A stretch of 64,000 bases of DNA from a virus (taxonomy: Duplodnaviria; Caudoviricetes), in the IMG/VR virus record IMGVR_UViG_3300031555_003590, positions 160,001 to 224,000 of that record. One strand, 5' to 3'. Position numbers and translations under genes: made by a program. The notes under the pieces are model-generated. The model was given only the letters and a program-made list of their open reading frames with translations. It was not told where the DNA came from and searched no databases. Shown in pieces: positions 10,683 to 20,645 of the stretch; positions within the stretch are counted from its first letter, which is position 1; each line of letters begins with the position of its first letter.

Positions 10683-11006
10683 ATGTCTAAAAAATGTATG
10701 ATATCTCAACCTATGAATGGATTAACTGATGAAGAAATTCTTGCAGTTCGTGATAAAGCTATTGATACTATTGAGAAATCTGGATATGAATTTGTAAGTA
10801 GTTTCTTTACTGAAAAAGATGAATCTTTTATAGTTGATACTACTAATGATGAAAATATCGGAGTTCATTATTTAGGTAGATCTATAATAATGATGGCTCA
10901 GTGTAAAGCTATTTATTTCTGCAAAGGTTGGGAAAATGCTCGTGGTTGTAGAATTGAACATGAAATAGCTAAAGAATATGGATATGAATGTATTTATGAG
11001 AAATAA
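10683..11006 (+). CDS. DUF4406-like / nucleoside deoxyribosyltransferase-fold protein
   Basis: ISQPMNG ... AIYFCKGWENARGCRIEHEIAKEYG. Confidence 0.7.
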   Translation: MSKKCMISQPMNGLTDEEILAVRDKAIDTIEKSGYEFVSSFFTEKDESFIVDTTNDENIGVHYLGRSIIMMAQCKAIYFCKGWENARGCRIEHEIAKEYGYECIYEK

Positions 11007-11011
11007 AATAT

Positions 11012-11101
11012 ATGAATTATAAAATTTCAGTATCAGATGATATTGATTTTGTTAATGAAATACATCAGAAATTAAAAGAAAATGATAGTTATTGTCCTTA
11101 A
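11012..11101 (+). pseudogene. truncated small Cys-containing (ferredoxin-thioredoxin reductase-like) ORF remnant
   Basis: MNYKISVSDDIDFVNEIHQKLKENDSYCP* stops exactly at the YCP of an expected YCPC motif. Confidence 0.4.
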
Positions 11102-11117
11102 TAAAATAAATTAAATG

Positions 11118-11155
11118 TAATTAATAGAAGGGAGTATACTCCCTTCTATTAATTA
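11118..11155. terminator. perfect 38-nt palindrome / terminator
   Basis: taattaatagaagggagtatactcccttctattaatta. Confidence 0.7.
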
Positions 11156-11220
11156 TATATTATAATATTAATGGATATATAAAATACATCAAAATAAATA
11201 ATTAAAAGGAGAATATTGAT

Positions 11221-11865
11221 ATGTATAAATTTGAAATCGGAGATTATGTAAAAGTTACTAGTGGTCAATATGAGGATATAATTTGTGTTGTAGAAAAAGT
11301 TTATAATGAATATGAAGAAATCGGGGTAGCATCAAAAGATGTATTTTGCAAGGTTAGACCGATTAATGTTAAAGAAGATATTTTGTTAACTTTACATGAA
11401 AATATTTTAGAAAAAGTTGAAATGATATTATTTGAAGAATCTATTAATAATGAATCATTTAATCAAGATGATGAAATGTTCATTGAAATGGCTACTGTAA
11501 AAGGTGGTTTTATGAGTATCAAGTTATCTGTATATGATAAAGAAGGAAAGTATCCCCATTTCCATTTCTATAAAGGATTGAAGCCTGAAGGAGGAATTCC
11601 TTATAAATATAGAAAGGGTGGTGGATGTATTTGTTTAGATAGACCAAATTATTTTAAACATAGTAAACATACAGAAACTATGACTCCTAAAGAAATTAAA
11701 AGATTAATTGAATTTCTTAAATCTCCTAATGAATCAATTATAACAGCTAGTAATTGGGAAGTAATAGTTTCTTTGTGGAATATGAATAATTCAGATCAAC
11801 CTCAATTAAGTCTTAGAACTCCTATTCCTAATTATGAAAGTGATATGGAAAGTATTACCGATTAA
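11221..11865 (+). CDS. hypothetical protein with N-terminal KOW-like motif
   Basis: FEIGDYVKVTSGQYE; PHFHF motif in second half; preceded by TATATATTAT at 11154. Confidence 0.7.
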   Translation: MYKFEIGDYVKVTSGQYEDIICVVEKVYNEYEEIGVASKDVFCKVRPINVKEDILLTLHENILEKVEMILFEESINNESFNQDDEMFIEMATVKGGFMSIKLSVYDKEGKYPHFHFYKGLKPEGGIPYKYRKGGGCICLDRPNYFKHSKHTETMTPKEIKRLIEFLKSPNESIITASNWEVIVSLWNMNNSDQPQLSLRTPIPNYESDMESITD

Positions 11866-11872
11866 TATTAAA

Positions 11873-11901
11873 ATAGAGCAGGGAATAATTCCCTGCTCTA
11901 T
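11873..11901. terminator. bidirectional terminator between convergent genes
   Basis: atagagcagggaat-a-attccctgctctat. Confidence 0.75.
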
Positions 11902-11910
11902 ATTTTTTAT

Positions 11911-13263
11911 TTAAGAAAGTTTAATACAATAATCTAGACTAATCCAACCAACTTTGGATTTGAGATAACCCCATTTTTTAGCACCGGTTCCAACACTTTC
12001 TTTGATAATTGTATATACACCATTATCTTCGATTTTACCAACTATTGCATAGTTAGTTCCAGGACCTTTGCGAATATTGAGTTTTGTATCATCATTTACT
12101 TTAACCAAATATGGCAATGTACTAGAATCACCTTTAGCATTCTTTTTATAAAAACTTTCACCATATTCAGCTCGTTTAGATTTTACACTTTCATTCATAT
12201 TAGAAGCACCTTCAAATTTAGTTAAGAAAATATCTGATGCTTGTCTAACACTAGTAGCATTTTTAAGAACATTCATCATCGATTTATAATATGCAGTATT
12301 CATTTCTTCCCACATGAATTCAAGTTGCATATTAGTATCACCAATAGATTTTTTAGTCTTTTTAGCATAATTAAGAAGATTTTGTTTACGAGACCAATAA
12401 GTCCATTGAGCTAATCCGTAACCAGCACTATCTCTTACAAAGTTATTATATTTACCATTATCAACGGCAGCAGTATATTCTTCATCATCCATACCAAGTT
12501 TATTTTCATATGCATTTTGAAGATTATTTGCAATTAATCCTGATTCAGCATATAAATTACCCATAATACCTGCAACTGCATAATCATTTAATCCTTTATC
12601 TTTTAAGAAATTCCATACAATCTTTTCAGGAGTACTTTGAATAGTATTTATAGATGCAGAAGTAGTTGGTTTGATTTGAGTACTAGTTGAAGCAGTAGGT
12701 TTAGTGGTAGTTGTAGTTGAGATTGTTGTACCAAGTTTAGCATTAACTTCTTTAGCAATTTCATCATGAAGATTATATAAATAATCGCCACAACAACTTT
12801 TATTTGCAGTCCATCTATGAACTACCATATTTTGACGAGAAATATTACCCATTAATACTTTATTACCTTCCCAAAGTAATTTCTTAATATTATTACGTTT
12901 ACAAATATCTACACATAATTTTATTAATGATTGATATGCTTCATCAGTACAAGGCCAAGGATCTTTATTTATACTACTAGCTACTTCTATTGTAATAGCT
13001 CGTTGATCAACTGCAGCACTACTAGTACACCAAGATCTATTTTTTTCTTCTACATACATAGCAATTCTGCCATCTGATCCAATTCCATATTGAGAAGAAG
13101 CTTGTCTAGATGGTGAATAAAATATTTCACCGCATACTTCCACAGAACAATTTCCAGCCATAGTATGAATTGCAATTGTATCAATATTTTTTGTTCTCTG
13201 TCCGGAATGATTTGGACTAAGTTTAGTATAAACTACTAATGAACTATTAGTAAATTTAGGCAT
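11911..13263 (-). CDS. modular endolysin / cell-wall hydrolase: amidase_2 + phage tail lysozyme-like + SH3b
   Basis: IAIHTMAG, SSQYGIG, AITIEVAS, VHRW..KSC amidase; Thr-rich linker; AGIMGNLYAESGL, GYGLAQWT lysozyme; LNIRKGPGTNY...GWISLDY SH3b. Confidence 0.9.
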   Translation of the reverse strand: MPKFTNSSLVVYTKLSPNHSGQRTKNIDTIAIHTMAGNCSVEVCGEIFYSPSRQASSQYGIGSDGRIAMYVEEKNRSWCTSSAAVDQRAITIEVASSINKDPWPCTDEAYQSLIKLCVDICKRNNIKKLLWEGNKVLMGNISRQNMVVHRWTANKSCCGDYLYNLHDEIAKEVNAKLGTTISTTTTTKPTASTSTQIKPTTSASINTIQSTPEKIVWNFLKDKGLNDYAVAGIMGNLYAESGLIANNLQNAYENKLGMDDEEYTAAVDNGKYNNFVRDSAGYGLAQWTYWSRKQNLLNYAKKTKKSIGDTNMQLEFMWEEMNTAYYKSMMNVLKNATSVRQASDIFLTKFEGASNMNESVKSKRAEYGESFYKKNAKGDSSTLPYLVKVNDDTKLNIRKGPGTNYAIVGKIEDNGVYTIIKESVGTGAKKWGYLKSKVGWISLDYCIKLS

Positions 13264-13382
13264 TATTTATCATCCTCCTCATCATCACCTTTACCATTTT
13301 CAAATTCAGCAACAAATTCAGGAGGCAGTTGCTTACGCCCATCAACAGTATCTAATAATTTTACATCTTTAGGATTAATCAT
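13263..13382 (-). CDS. small acidic peptide coupled to endolysin
   Basis: 39 aa MINPKDVKLLDTVDGRKQLPPEFVAEFENGKGDDEEDDK; AAAGGAGGG RBS; TAATG overlap with endolysin start. Confidence 0.65.
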   Translation of the reverse strand: MINPKDVKLLDTVDGRKQLPPEFVAEFENGKGDDEEDDK

Positions 13383-13505
13383 ATAAATCCCTCCTTTCAA
13401 TAAATATTAATATTTCGTTAAATAATACTACTATGATGACTTATTATTAATATCTTAATGCCCTAAATATATGATAATTATAATAGTAAAGGAGATTGAA
13501 TAATT

Positions 13506-14615
13506 ATGCTTAATATGATTAAAGGTATTATTAATCAAAAGAAAGATTTTCTAGAAGCTGCAGAGCTTATTCTAGAAGATGGTTTAAGAAATAATTTAGA
13601 TGATATGATTATTTTAGATGAAAAACCTTTTACTGAAAATGAAGAAATTGATACTGATGTAATTACTGAAGATGATAATGATGAAGTAGAAGAGAAAGAT
13701 AATAAAGATGATTCTTCGGAAGATTCAGAATCTAATAAAGTTGATACTACTAATATGATGGATGAACCTATTGATGATCAACCTGATCCTTCTAGTGATG
13801 AAAATAATAGTATTGATTTATTAGATGAGCCAATTGAAGATGATCCTACATCTCCTAATATTGACAATCCTGTATCTAATAATGAGCCTGTAATAGACGA
13901 TAATCCAATTCCTGAAGAACAACCATTACCTTTACCTGGAGATAACTCTCTTCCTGAGCCTGTTAGTAATGTAACTGGTGAACCTGTTGCTGATGATGGT
14001 TTAACTAGTATGGAAATTGATTTAGGTACTAATACTCCTAAGGATATTCTACCTGTACCTCCTTCTAATGCTGGAGATACTGTAGTAAGTGATGATTTAC
14101 TTGATCAACGAATTGATAGTGGTTTTGGTGGAAATGGTGTTGCAGAGGATGCTGGTAGTAATCCTGTTTCAACTACCATTCCTACTACTATAGATGATGG
14201 TGGAGATTTATGGAATGAAAGTATTGAAGATGATGAGGATGATAAAAAATCTAAAGAAGTTGATGAATCAAAAGATGATGATTTATTAAATACTCCTATC
14301 GAAGAATCTAATGATTTATTGAATGAGGCTATTAGTTTATCAGGTGATAATTCTAGTGAAGCTGAATCTGATCCTAATGGTGATGCAGCTATTGATGCAT
14401 TGAATGGTGAAACTCCAACTGAAGCTCCTCCTGTAGAAGAGGAAGTTCCTGCAGATAATACAGTTACTGCTGCAGTAAAGGATAAAGTTGCTGAAGCAGA
14501 AACTCCTACTGAATCTAGTCCTGAAGTTTCTAAAGATGAGATTATGAAGAAACTCAGTAATATTACTAAGAATCTTGAAGATGCTAAAAATGCTGTTATG
14601 AAGCATATTCAATAA
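13506..14615 (+). CDS. very acidic, Pro-rich low-complexity protein (scaffold-like)
   Basis: D/E/P-rich with repeated L.DEPIE motif and C-terminal helix; directly upstream of portal-like gene. Confidence 0.5.
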   Translation: MLNMIKGIINQKKDFLEAAELILEDGLRNNLDDMIILDEKPFTENEEIDTDVITEDDNDEVEEKDNKDDSSEDSESNKVDTTNMMDEPIDDQPDPSSDENNSIDLLDEPIEDDPTSPNIDNPVSNNEPVIDDNPIPEEQPLPLPGDNSLPEPVSNVTGEPVADDGLTSMEIDLGTNTPKDILPVPPSNAGDTVVSDDLLDQRIDSGFGGNGVAEDAGSNPVSTTIPTTIDDGGDLWNESIEDDEDDKKSKEVDESKDDDLLNTPIEESNDLLNEAISLSGDNSSEAESDPNGDAAIDALNGETPTEAPPVEEEVPADNTVTAAVKDKVAEAETPTESSPEVSKDEIMKKLSNITKNLEDAKNAVMKHIQ

Positions 14616-14628
14616 TAAAATATAATAC

Positions 14629-14660
14629 AGTAAGGATGGACTATTAAGTCCATCCTTACT
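14629..14660. terminator. hairpin / terminator
   Basis: agtaaggatggact-atta-agtccatccttact. Confidence 0.7.
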
Positions 14661-14733
14661 TATAATAATCTATAAAATTAGACACCGCTTTTTAATATTT
14701 GTATAATATTAAAGAAGGAGGTTAGTATATCAA

Positions 14734-17061
14734 ATGGCTGATATTAAAAAGAATACTAAAGAAATTATTGATCAATTAGCTACTAGTATTTCTAGTGATG
14801 TTGGTAATATGCATGAAGATGAACTTGAACTTATTGCAACATCATTTGATAAAACTTTAAATAATGCATTAAAAAATTTTAATTCAACTGCATTTGATGA
14901 TGATGGATTTATTAAGAAGATGAGAGATCTTGATTTAGATAATAAACAAGATAAAGAAATGATTAAAAATGTTCTTAATAATATTCGATCTGATTATGTA
15001 GGAGTAGATTCTCTCAATCATAGTGAATTACTAGTGAGACGAGATATGAGTAATATTTGTACTCAAATGCCTGAGATGAGAGATGTTATTTATGTAATTA
15101 GAGATGCCATCATAGAATGTAATGTTTCTACTGGTGAAGTATCTAGAACTTTAATTTTTGAAAATCATGAAGAAAATGAAGCATTTGAAACTCAAGTAAA
15201 AGAAATTGAACAACGTTATGATCTATTAACTACTATTAAGAATTTTATTGTTCCTAATAGTCTTAAAATAGGTGAATACTATGTTCAGGTAGTTCCATAT
15301 TCAAAATTATTTGCTGAATTAGAATCTATTAACAATAATAGGTATGGAGATGGAAAAGGATTTCATTCTACTAAACAATTTAGAGAAAGTGTTCCTAATG
15401 AAATATATGAAAGTTTCAAAGAATCAGTTTCTTTATATAATGAAAAGAATGTAAAATTATTAATGGAATCTATATCTCCAATTATAAAAAAAGATGTATC
15501 TGATACATATACTATTGATAAAGATACATCAGTAAGAATTACATCAGAAAAAGTTAATAAAGAAGATATATCCAATTTATTAAAAAATATTGATGTATAT
15601 AATGGATCTTCTGTAATGTTATCTGAAATGGGTCCTGATGCATTCAAAGAATTTGTATTAAATGAATATACTAATAGTATATCTAAATCTAATAATAAGA
15701 ATAAACATTTTTCTGAAACTATGGAATATAATAAAATTACTAGTAGTGTATTTGGAGACATTGATCAAGATGTAGTAGATAATATTAGTACATATGATCA
15801 TGTTAAAGGATGTTATATTAAATATCTTGATAGCTTAAGAATGGTACCAATTAGAATGGATCGAAGAGTAATTGGTTATTATTATATTTCTACTACTATG
15901 GATTTACAAACAAATGCATCTAATCCTAATGGTATGGTAGATTTATCTTTTCAACATTATACCAGAGATAAAAATATGGTAGATACTCTTGCCAGTATGA
16001 TTATTAAATCATTTGACAAGAAAATGTTAGAAAAGAATATTAAACTTAAGAGTGAAATTGCAGAAGTAATTATGGCTCATAAATTCTCAGAAGGTAAGTT
16101 ATCATTTATTTATATTCCAGAAAATGAAGTAATAAGATTTGTTATTAATGAAGATGAGGAAGGTAAAGGTCATTCTGTAATTGAACCTACTATGTTCCCT
16201 GCTCGTATGTATCTGATGTTAACTATGTATAATATGTTATATACATTAAATAATAATACCACTAGGGTTCATTATTTAAAATCTTCTGGATTAAATAAAG
16301 ATTATGCTGCACAAATTCAACGTACTATGCGTAAATTCCAATCTAGAAGAATTACCATTGATGATATTTATTCATATTCAGGTGTATTAAATAAAGTTGG
16401 TGGAATGGGAGAAATGGTCCTACCTTCTGGTAGAAATGATTTTAAAGCATTAGAAACTGATACCATTGCAGCAGTAGAAAACCCTATTAATATGGAATTT
16501 CTAGAACAACAACGTAGACAAGCAATCAGCGGTACTGGTGTTCCACATCTAATGATGATTAATGCTATTGATGAAGCCGACTTTGCTAAAACTCTAGAAA
16601 TGGCTAATGCTCGATTCTTATCTACTGTATCTTCTTATAAGATCGATTTTAATAAAGGTATAACTAAATTATATCGCACTCTATTGAAACATTGTACTGA
16701 AATGGAAGATGATATAATTCAATCTTTCAAGTTCAATTTTAATTCTGTAACTCAACAAGAATTGAATATTACATCTGATATGATTTCCAATTTCAATTCT
16801 ATGGCAGAATTGGTTATGGGAATTTTTTATAAAAAGAGTGATATGGAAGATGAACAGGGCAATCCTTCTGCTAAGCAAATGTATCTGAGAAAAGAATTAG
16901 CAAAAGAATATTTACCTCAGTTGAATTTTGATACATTAGAAGAACTTGTTAAACGAGTAGAGATTCAAGCCACTGATGAAAAACTTCAAGATGAAGTTAA
17001 TAAATTAAATATTGATAAAGAGGATCTTGCTGAAGTTGAAACTAAAGAAGAGCAGAAGTAA
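14734..17061 (+). CDS. portal protein (T4 gp20-like, jumbo phage type)
   Basis: Segment RVHYLKSSGLNKDYAAQIQRTMRKFQSRR...MVLPSGRNDFKALETDTI...FLEQQRRQAISGTGVP parallels the portal clip/stem motif order. Confidence 0.65.
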   Translation: MADIKKNTKEIIDQLATSISSDVGNMHEDELELIATSFDKTLNNALKNFNSTAFDDDGFIKKMRDLDLDNKQDKEMIKNVLNNIRSDYVGVDSLNHSELLVRRDMSNICTQMPEMRDVIYVIRDAIIECNVSTGEVSRTLIFENHEENEAFETQVKEIEQRYDLLTTIKNFIVPNSLKIGEYYVQVVPYSKLFAELESINNNRYGDGKGFHSTKQFRESVPNEIYESFKESVSLYNEKNVKLLMESISPIIKKDVSDTYTIDKDTSVRITSEKVNKEDISNLLKNIDVYNGSSVMLSEMGPDAFKEFVLNEYTNSISKSNNKNKHFSETMEYNKITSSVFGDIDQDVVDNISTYDHVKGCYIKYLDSLRMVPIRMDRRVIGYYYISTTMDLQTNASNPNGMVDLSFQHYTRDKNMVDTLASMIIKSFDKKMLEKNIKLKSEIAEVIMAHKFSEGKLSFIYIPENEVIRFVINEDEEGKGHSVIEPTMFPARMYLMLTMYNMLYTLNNNTTRVHYLKSSGLNKDYAAQIQRTMRKFQSRRITIDDIYSYSGVLNKVGGMGEMVLPSGRNDFKALETDTIAAVENPINMEFLEQQRRQAISGTGVPHLMMINAIDEADFAKTLEMANARFLSTVSSYKIDFNKGITKLYRTLLKHCTEMEDDIIQSFKFNFNSVTQQELNITSDMISNFNSMAELVMGIFYKKSDMEDEQGNPSAKQMYLRKELAKEYLPQLNFDTLEELVKRVEIQATDEKLQDEVNKLNIDKEDLAEVETKEEQK

Positions 17062-17115
17062 TCTCAAAAACAAGTTCATAATTCAATTATAAAATAATAA
17101 AGGAGTTGAAAATAA

Positions 17116-17805
17116 ATGGCAAATTATCCTAAAGGGCTTGAAGAAGATAAAATGAATTCTCATTTTAAAAAATTACAAGCTCAATATAAAAAGACTATTG
17201 ATAGTGATGGTGAAGATGTAAAACCTATCGCTCATAATAAGCCTACATCTGGAACTAATCCTACTGGTCCAATGAAAGGTAATCTAATGACTTGGACTCA
17301 AATGTTAGAAAGTATGGATGAAGTTGATATTAATATTGATAATATGAGTGAAGAGCCTGATTTAGCTGATCAACCTATTGAAGAGCTCTCTCCAGTAGGA
17401 GCAGTAAATGAAGATGAACTTCTAAATGAACTTAATAAAATTTTTACTCCTATTCTTGTAATGCAAGGATTTGAAAATGATATTTCTGATCGTATTAATG
17501 AATCTTTATCTGAAGCATCTTTATTAACTGAAAGAAATGTCATTAGTTTTGATAATAAAACTCGTATGGCACAATTAATTTCTATTTGTGCATTACTAAT
17601 TGCTCGTCAGAAAAATTCTGAAAAATATCAGATGTATAAAAAAGCAGCTGTTATTAAAAATAAAATGAAGTTAGATATTCAGAAAGAAGAATATGATGCA
17701 GCTCAATCATTAGCTCAAAAGTTTCTTGTAAAAGTATCTACTACTAATAACAGCTCTGTTGCTCGAGATGTTGCTAATAGCCTACTTCCTGAGACTCAAC
17801 ACTAA
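17116..17805 (+). CDS. probable virion structural protein
   Basis: 229 aa, acidic N-terminal region, LSEA/LTE motifs; preceded by AACA-N6-TA at 17069. Confidence 0.55.
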   Translation: MANYPKGLEEDKMNSHFKKLQAQYKKTIDSDGEDVKPIAHNKPTSGTNPTGPMKGNLMTWTQMLESMDEVDINIDNMSEEPDLADQPIEELSPVGAVNEDELLNELNKIFTPILVMQGFENDISDRINESLSEASLLTERNVISFDNKTRMAQLISICALLIARQKNSEKYQMYKKAAVIKNKMKLDIQKEEYDAAQSLAQKFLVKVSTTNNSSVARDVANSLLPETQH

Positions 17806-17856
17806 TGTAATATATTAATTATACTAATTATAAATAGTAAAGGAGATTGAATAATT

Positions 17857-19011
17857 ATGGCTACTACATTTAAAGATTTTATGGTTGAATGTGAACTGTA
17901 TCCTTATTCACGCGATCATTATGATCTTATGAAAGAATGCAGTGAACTAGAATTGATGGAGAAGTATATTGAAAATCAGATTTATGTAAATGAATCTAAA
18001 GCTATGCTTGAAAATGGTAATTTTCATATTGGAGAAAACTATCTTGCTGAATCAATTAATCAAACTGAATTAGATGTTATTACTGAAGCATTTTCTGATA
18101 AAGTAAATAATCTTATTGTGAAATTATCTAAAATGATAATGAAAATTTTTAAAACTTTTTCTACATTCTTTGGTAAGCTTGGAAATAAATTTGATCCTAT
18201 TACTACAAAAGGTCAAAATGTTCGTTCCAAACTTGGAAGTGTTACTCTAGATGATGAAAAACTTGCTAAGATTAAGGAAATCGTTGATGGTGCAAAAAAT
18301 AATCAAGCCTCTGCATTTCCTATTAGAAAAAATCAGCCTTATGCAAAAAATATTAAAATGACTTATGGTGGTCATGCAGAATATTATAATGATCTAAAGG
18401 ATGCTCTTGCTGTTGCTTTATCTGATAAAACTGTAGTTGCTGAAGCTTTATTAAATGATTCTGGAGATAATATTGATTCTGAAAGAATTGGTATTATGGA
18501 TCCTGATGAAATTCGTGCTGCTGGTACTGCTCTAACTATTGGTAAACAGCGCCAGATTATGAATGTAACTAAGAGTTTATATAATTCTTGGAAACATGTT
18601 AAAGCTAATGGATTAGAAATTGAAGTTAATACAAAATCTATTAATAAAACTGCAAAAGATCTAAATGATCTTTGTGATAAGATCAATGAAATGGTTAAGA
18701 AAGTAACTGATGGTGCTGTTAGAAATTATGCAGTAGCTAAATCTGTAGTAGATAAAACAGCAGATGCTGCAACTAAAGAAGTTTCTAAACAGGATGATGT
18801 ACATGATAGTCCAATTCTAGGTATTGCATCAATTCTTAATGGTGTTAGTAATAATTCTCCTACTGCTTCCAATGTTAGTAAAGAAATCAATAATACAGTT
18901 AGTATGCTAACTAATACTATTGGTTTAACTACTAAAGTTTATATGCAATTAAGTGCATATCGTCAAACTGTTATTAATCAATTATATGATTTTCTAAAAA
19001 ATATTAAATAA
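17857..19011 (+). CDS. internal head protein family member
   Basis: Acidic propeptide-like N-terminus ending ITEA plus amphipathic helix; clear paralogue of 20646..21755. Confidence 0.6.
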   Translation: MATTFKDFMVECELYPYSRDHYDLMKECSELELMEKYIENQIYVNESKAMLENGNFHIGENYLAESINQTELDVITEAFSDKVNNLIVKLSKMIMKIFKTFSTFFGKLGNKFDPITTKGQNVRSKLGSVTLDDEKLAKIKEIVDGAKNNQASAFPIRKNQPYAKNIKMTYGGHAEYYNDLKDALAVALSDKTVVAEALLNDSGDNIDSERIGIMDPDEIRAAGTALTIGKQRQIMNVTKSLYNSWKHVKANGLEIEVNTKSINKTAKDLNDLCDKINEMVKKVTDGAVRNYAVAKSVVDKTADAATKEVSKQDDVHDSPILGIASILNGVSNNSPTASNVSKEINNTVSMLTNTIGLTTKVYMQLSAYRQTVINQLYDFLKNIK

Positions 19012-19017
19012 TATAGA

Positions 19018-19057
19018 AATAATGATAAGAGGGATTTAAATCCCTCTTATCATTATT
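19018..19057. terminator. perfect 40-nt palindrome / terminator
   Basis: aataatgataagagggatttaaatccctcttatcattatt. Confidence 0.7.
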
Positions 19058-19123
19058 ATTAGATGAATAAACTTCTTAATAATCTCTTATAAAATTAATT
19101 TTAATAATGGAGGAAATTTAAAT

Positions 19124-20644
19124 ATGAAAACTTCTATTATAGTTGATTCTTTATTTGAAAATACATTAAGATTAGATCCACTTCTTGAATATTTTGATCC
19201 AATGGAAGTGTTTAAAACAGATTCTAATTATATTAATGATATTTTTACTGAAGCGGAAACTACTAAGAAAAATCTACTTCAAAGAATATGGGAAACTGTT
19301 AAAAAGGCAGTTATGTGGATAGGTCAAAAAATTTTACAAATTGTCAAAGGTATTAAAAGAGCTATCTTTGGTAAAAAGAAAACTGCTACTCAAATTTTAA
19401 AACAAATGAATGTTAAGAAGCATGAAGTTCAATTTGATAAAGTTGATTATACTGATCCTTTTACTGGACAAAAAGCTGCACTAGCTGGTTATTATAGTTT
19501 TATTGAAGGATTTTATGAAGATGGAGTTTATATTAATTTAAATGCTCTTGTTTCTACTAATCCAGAAAAATCACCTGTTAAAGGAAAAGATATTAATGGT
19601 GGAGGTACTCGTGCCAATGAAGTAATTTATTTAATAATGAATCCTAAACCATTAGATGATTATATTGAATTTTTTAAAAAGCTTACAGGAGAAATTCAAT
19701 CTGAAGTATTAGGGCCTAATGATCTTGAAAAGATTGCTAAACGATGTGATGATTTTTCTGGTAGACCTTCTATTGCTTCTTATATCTCTGATGGTATGGG
19801 TAATACTGCTTCTAAAAAATATGATAATGTATATATTAGTATAGATCAATTTATGGAATTTCAAAGAAAAGTAGATGAAGTATGCAGAGTTGGTGAAGAA
19901 TTTGATAATGTATATAATGCATTAAATATTAAATTTGGTAAATCTGATGCTAAAACTGATTCTAAATATATGAAAATTATGAATGAACTTGCATGGGCAT
20001 GTGTTAATCTACAAGGTGGATTACATACAATTTCAAATGGTCTTCAAGGAATTTATGATATTGATCCAGGTTATATTGAATCTATTCAAACACCAGAAAT
20101 GCTTGCAGAATTTGTTTCTGAATCTCTAAAAATAGGTATGCCTAATAAATATTTAGTTAGAAATATTTATATGGTGTCTGATAAAAAATTAAAAGGTAAT
20201 CCTAATTTAGATAAACCTATTATGGGATTTGGTAGATTAACTTTAATTCCTGAAGGTGATATCATATATAAAGTTGCTATTAATAGATATGGAATTAGAA
20301 GTAATAAAAATGATTTTATGGTAATGAATGAAGTAAAAGGAACTCCATTAATGGATAAATTTGCTGAGACTACTCATACTGTTGGTGATTACATTATTAA
20401 TGTAATGGAAAAAGTAAAAGCTGGATCTAAGTATGAACCATCAGCAACTGAAGCATCTAAACTTGGTAGAGAAATTAATGATGAATTACAAAAGATGGGT
20501 ATTGAGTTTGAAATTCATGATATTAAAGCAGATGCTTTTGGTATGAAAGAAAATAAATATGTTTTATTAGATTATGGATATTTGCATAGACGTACTATTA
20601 ATGCTCAAGAACCTAAAATTGATAATATTAAGGAGGAAATTTAA
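19124..20644 (+). CDS. internal head-like protein with C-terminal protein-kinase-like domain
   Basis: FTEA plus amphipathic helix; GFGR, IYKVA, HDIKADAFG, LLDYG; paralogue of 24173..25570. Confidence 0.6.
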   Translation: MKTSIIVDSLFENTLRLDPLLEYFDPMEVFKTDSNYINDIFTEAETTKKNLLQRIWETVKKAVMWIGQKILQIVKGIKRAIFGKKKTATQILKQMNVKKHEVQFDKVDYTDPFTGQKAALAGYYSFIEGFYEDGVYINLNALVSTNPEKSPVKGKDINGGGTRANEVIYLIMNPKPLDDYIEFFKKLTGEIQSEVLGPNDLEKIAKRCDDFSGRPSIASYISDGMGNTASKKYDNVYISIDQFMEFQRKVDEVCRVGEEFDNVYNALNIKFGKSDAKTDSKYMKIMNELAWACVNLQGGLHTISNGLQGIYDIDPGYIESIQTPEMLAEFVSESLKIGMPNKYLVRNIYMVSDKKLKGNPNLDKPIMGFGRLTLIPEGDIIYKVAINRYGIRSNKNDFMVMNEVKGTPLMDKFAETTHTVGDYIINVMEKVKAGSKYEPSATEASKLGREINDELQKMGIEFEIHDIKADAFGMKENKYVLLDYGYLHRRTINAQEPKIDNIKEEI

Positions 20645-20645
20645 A

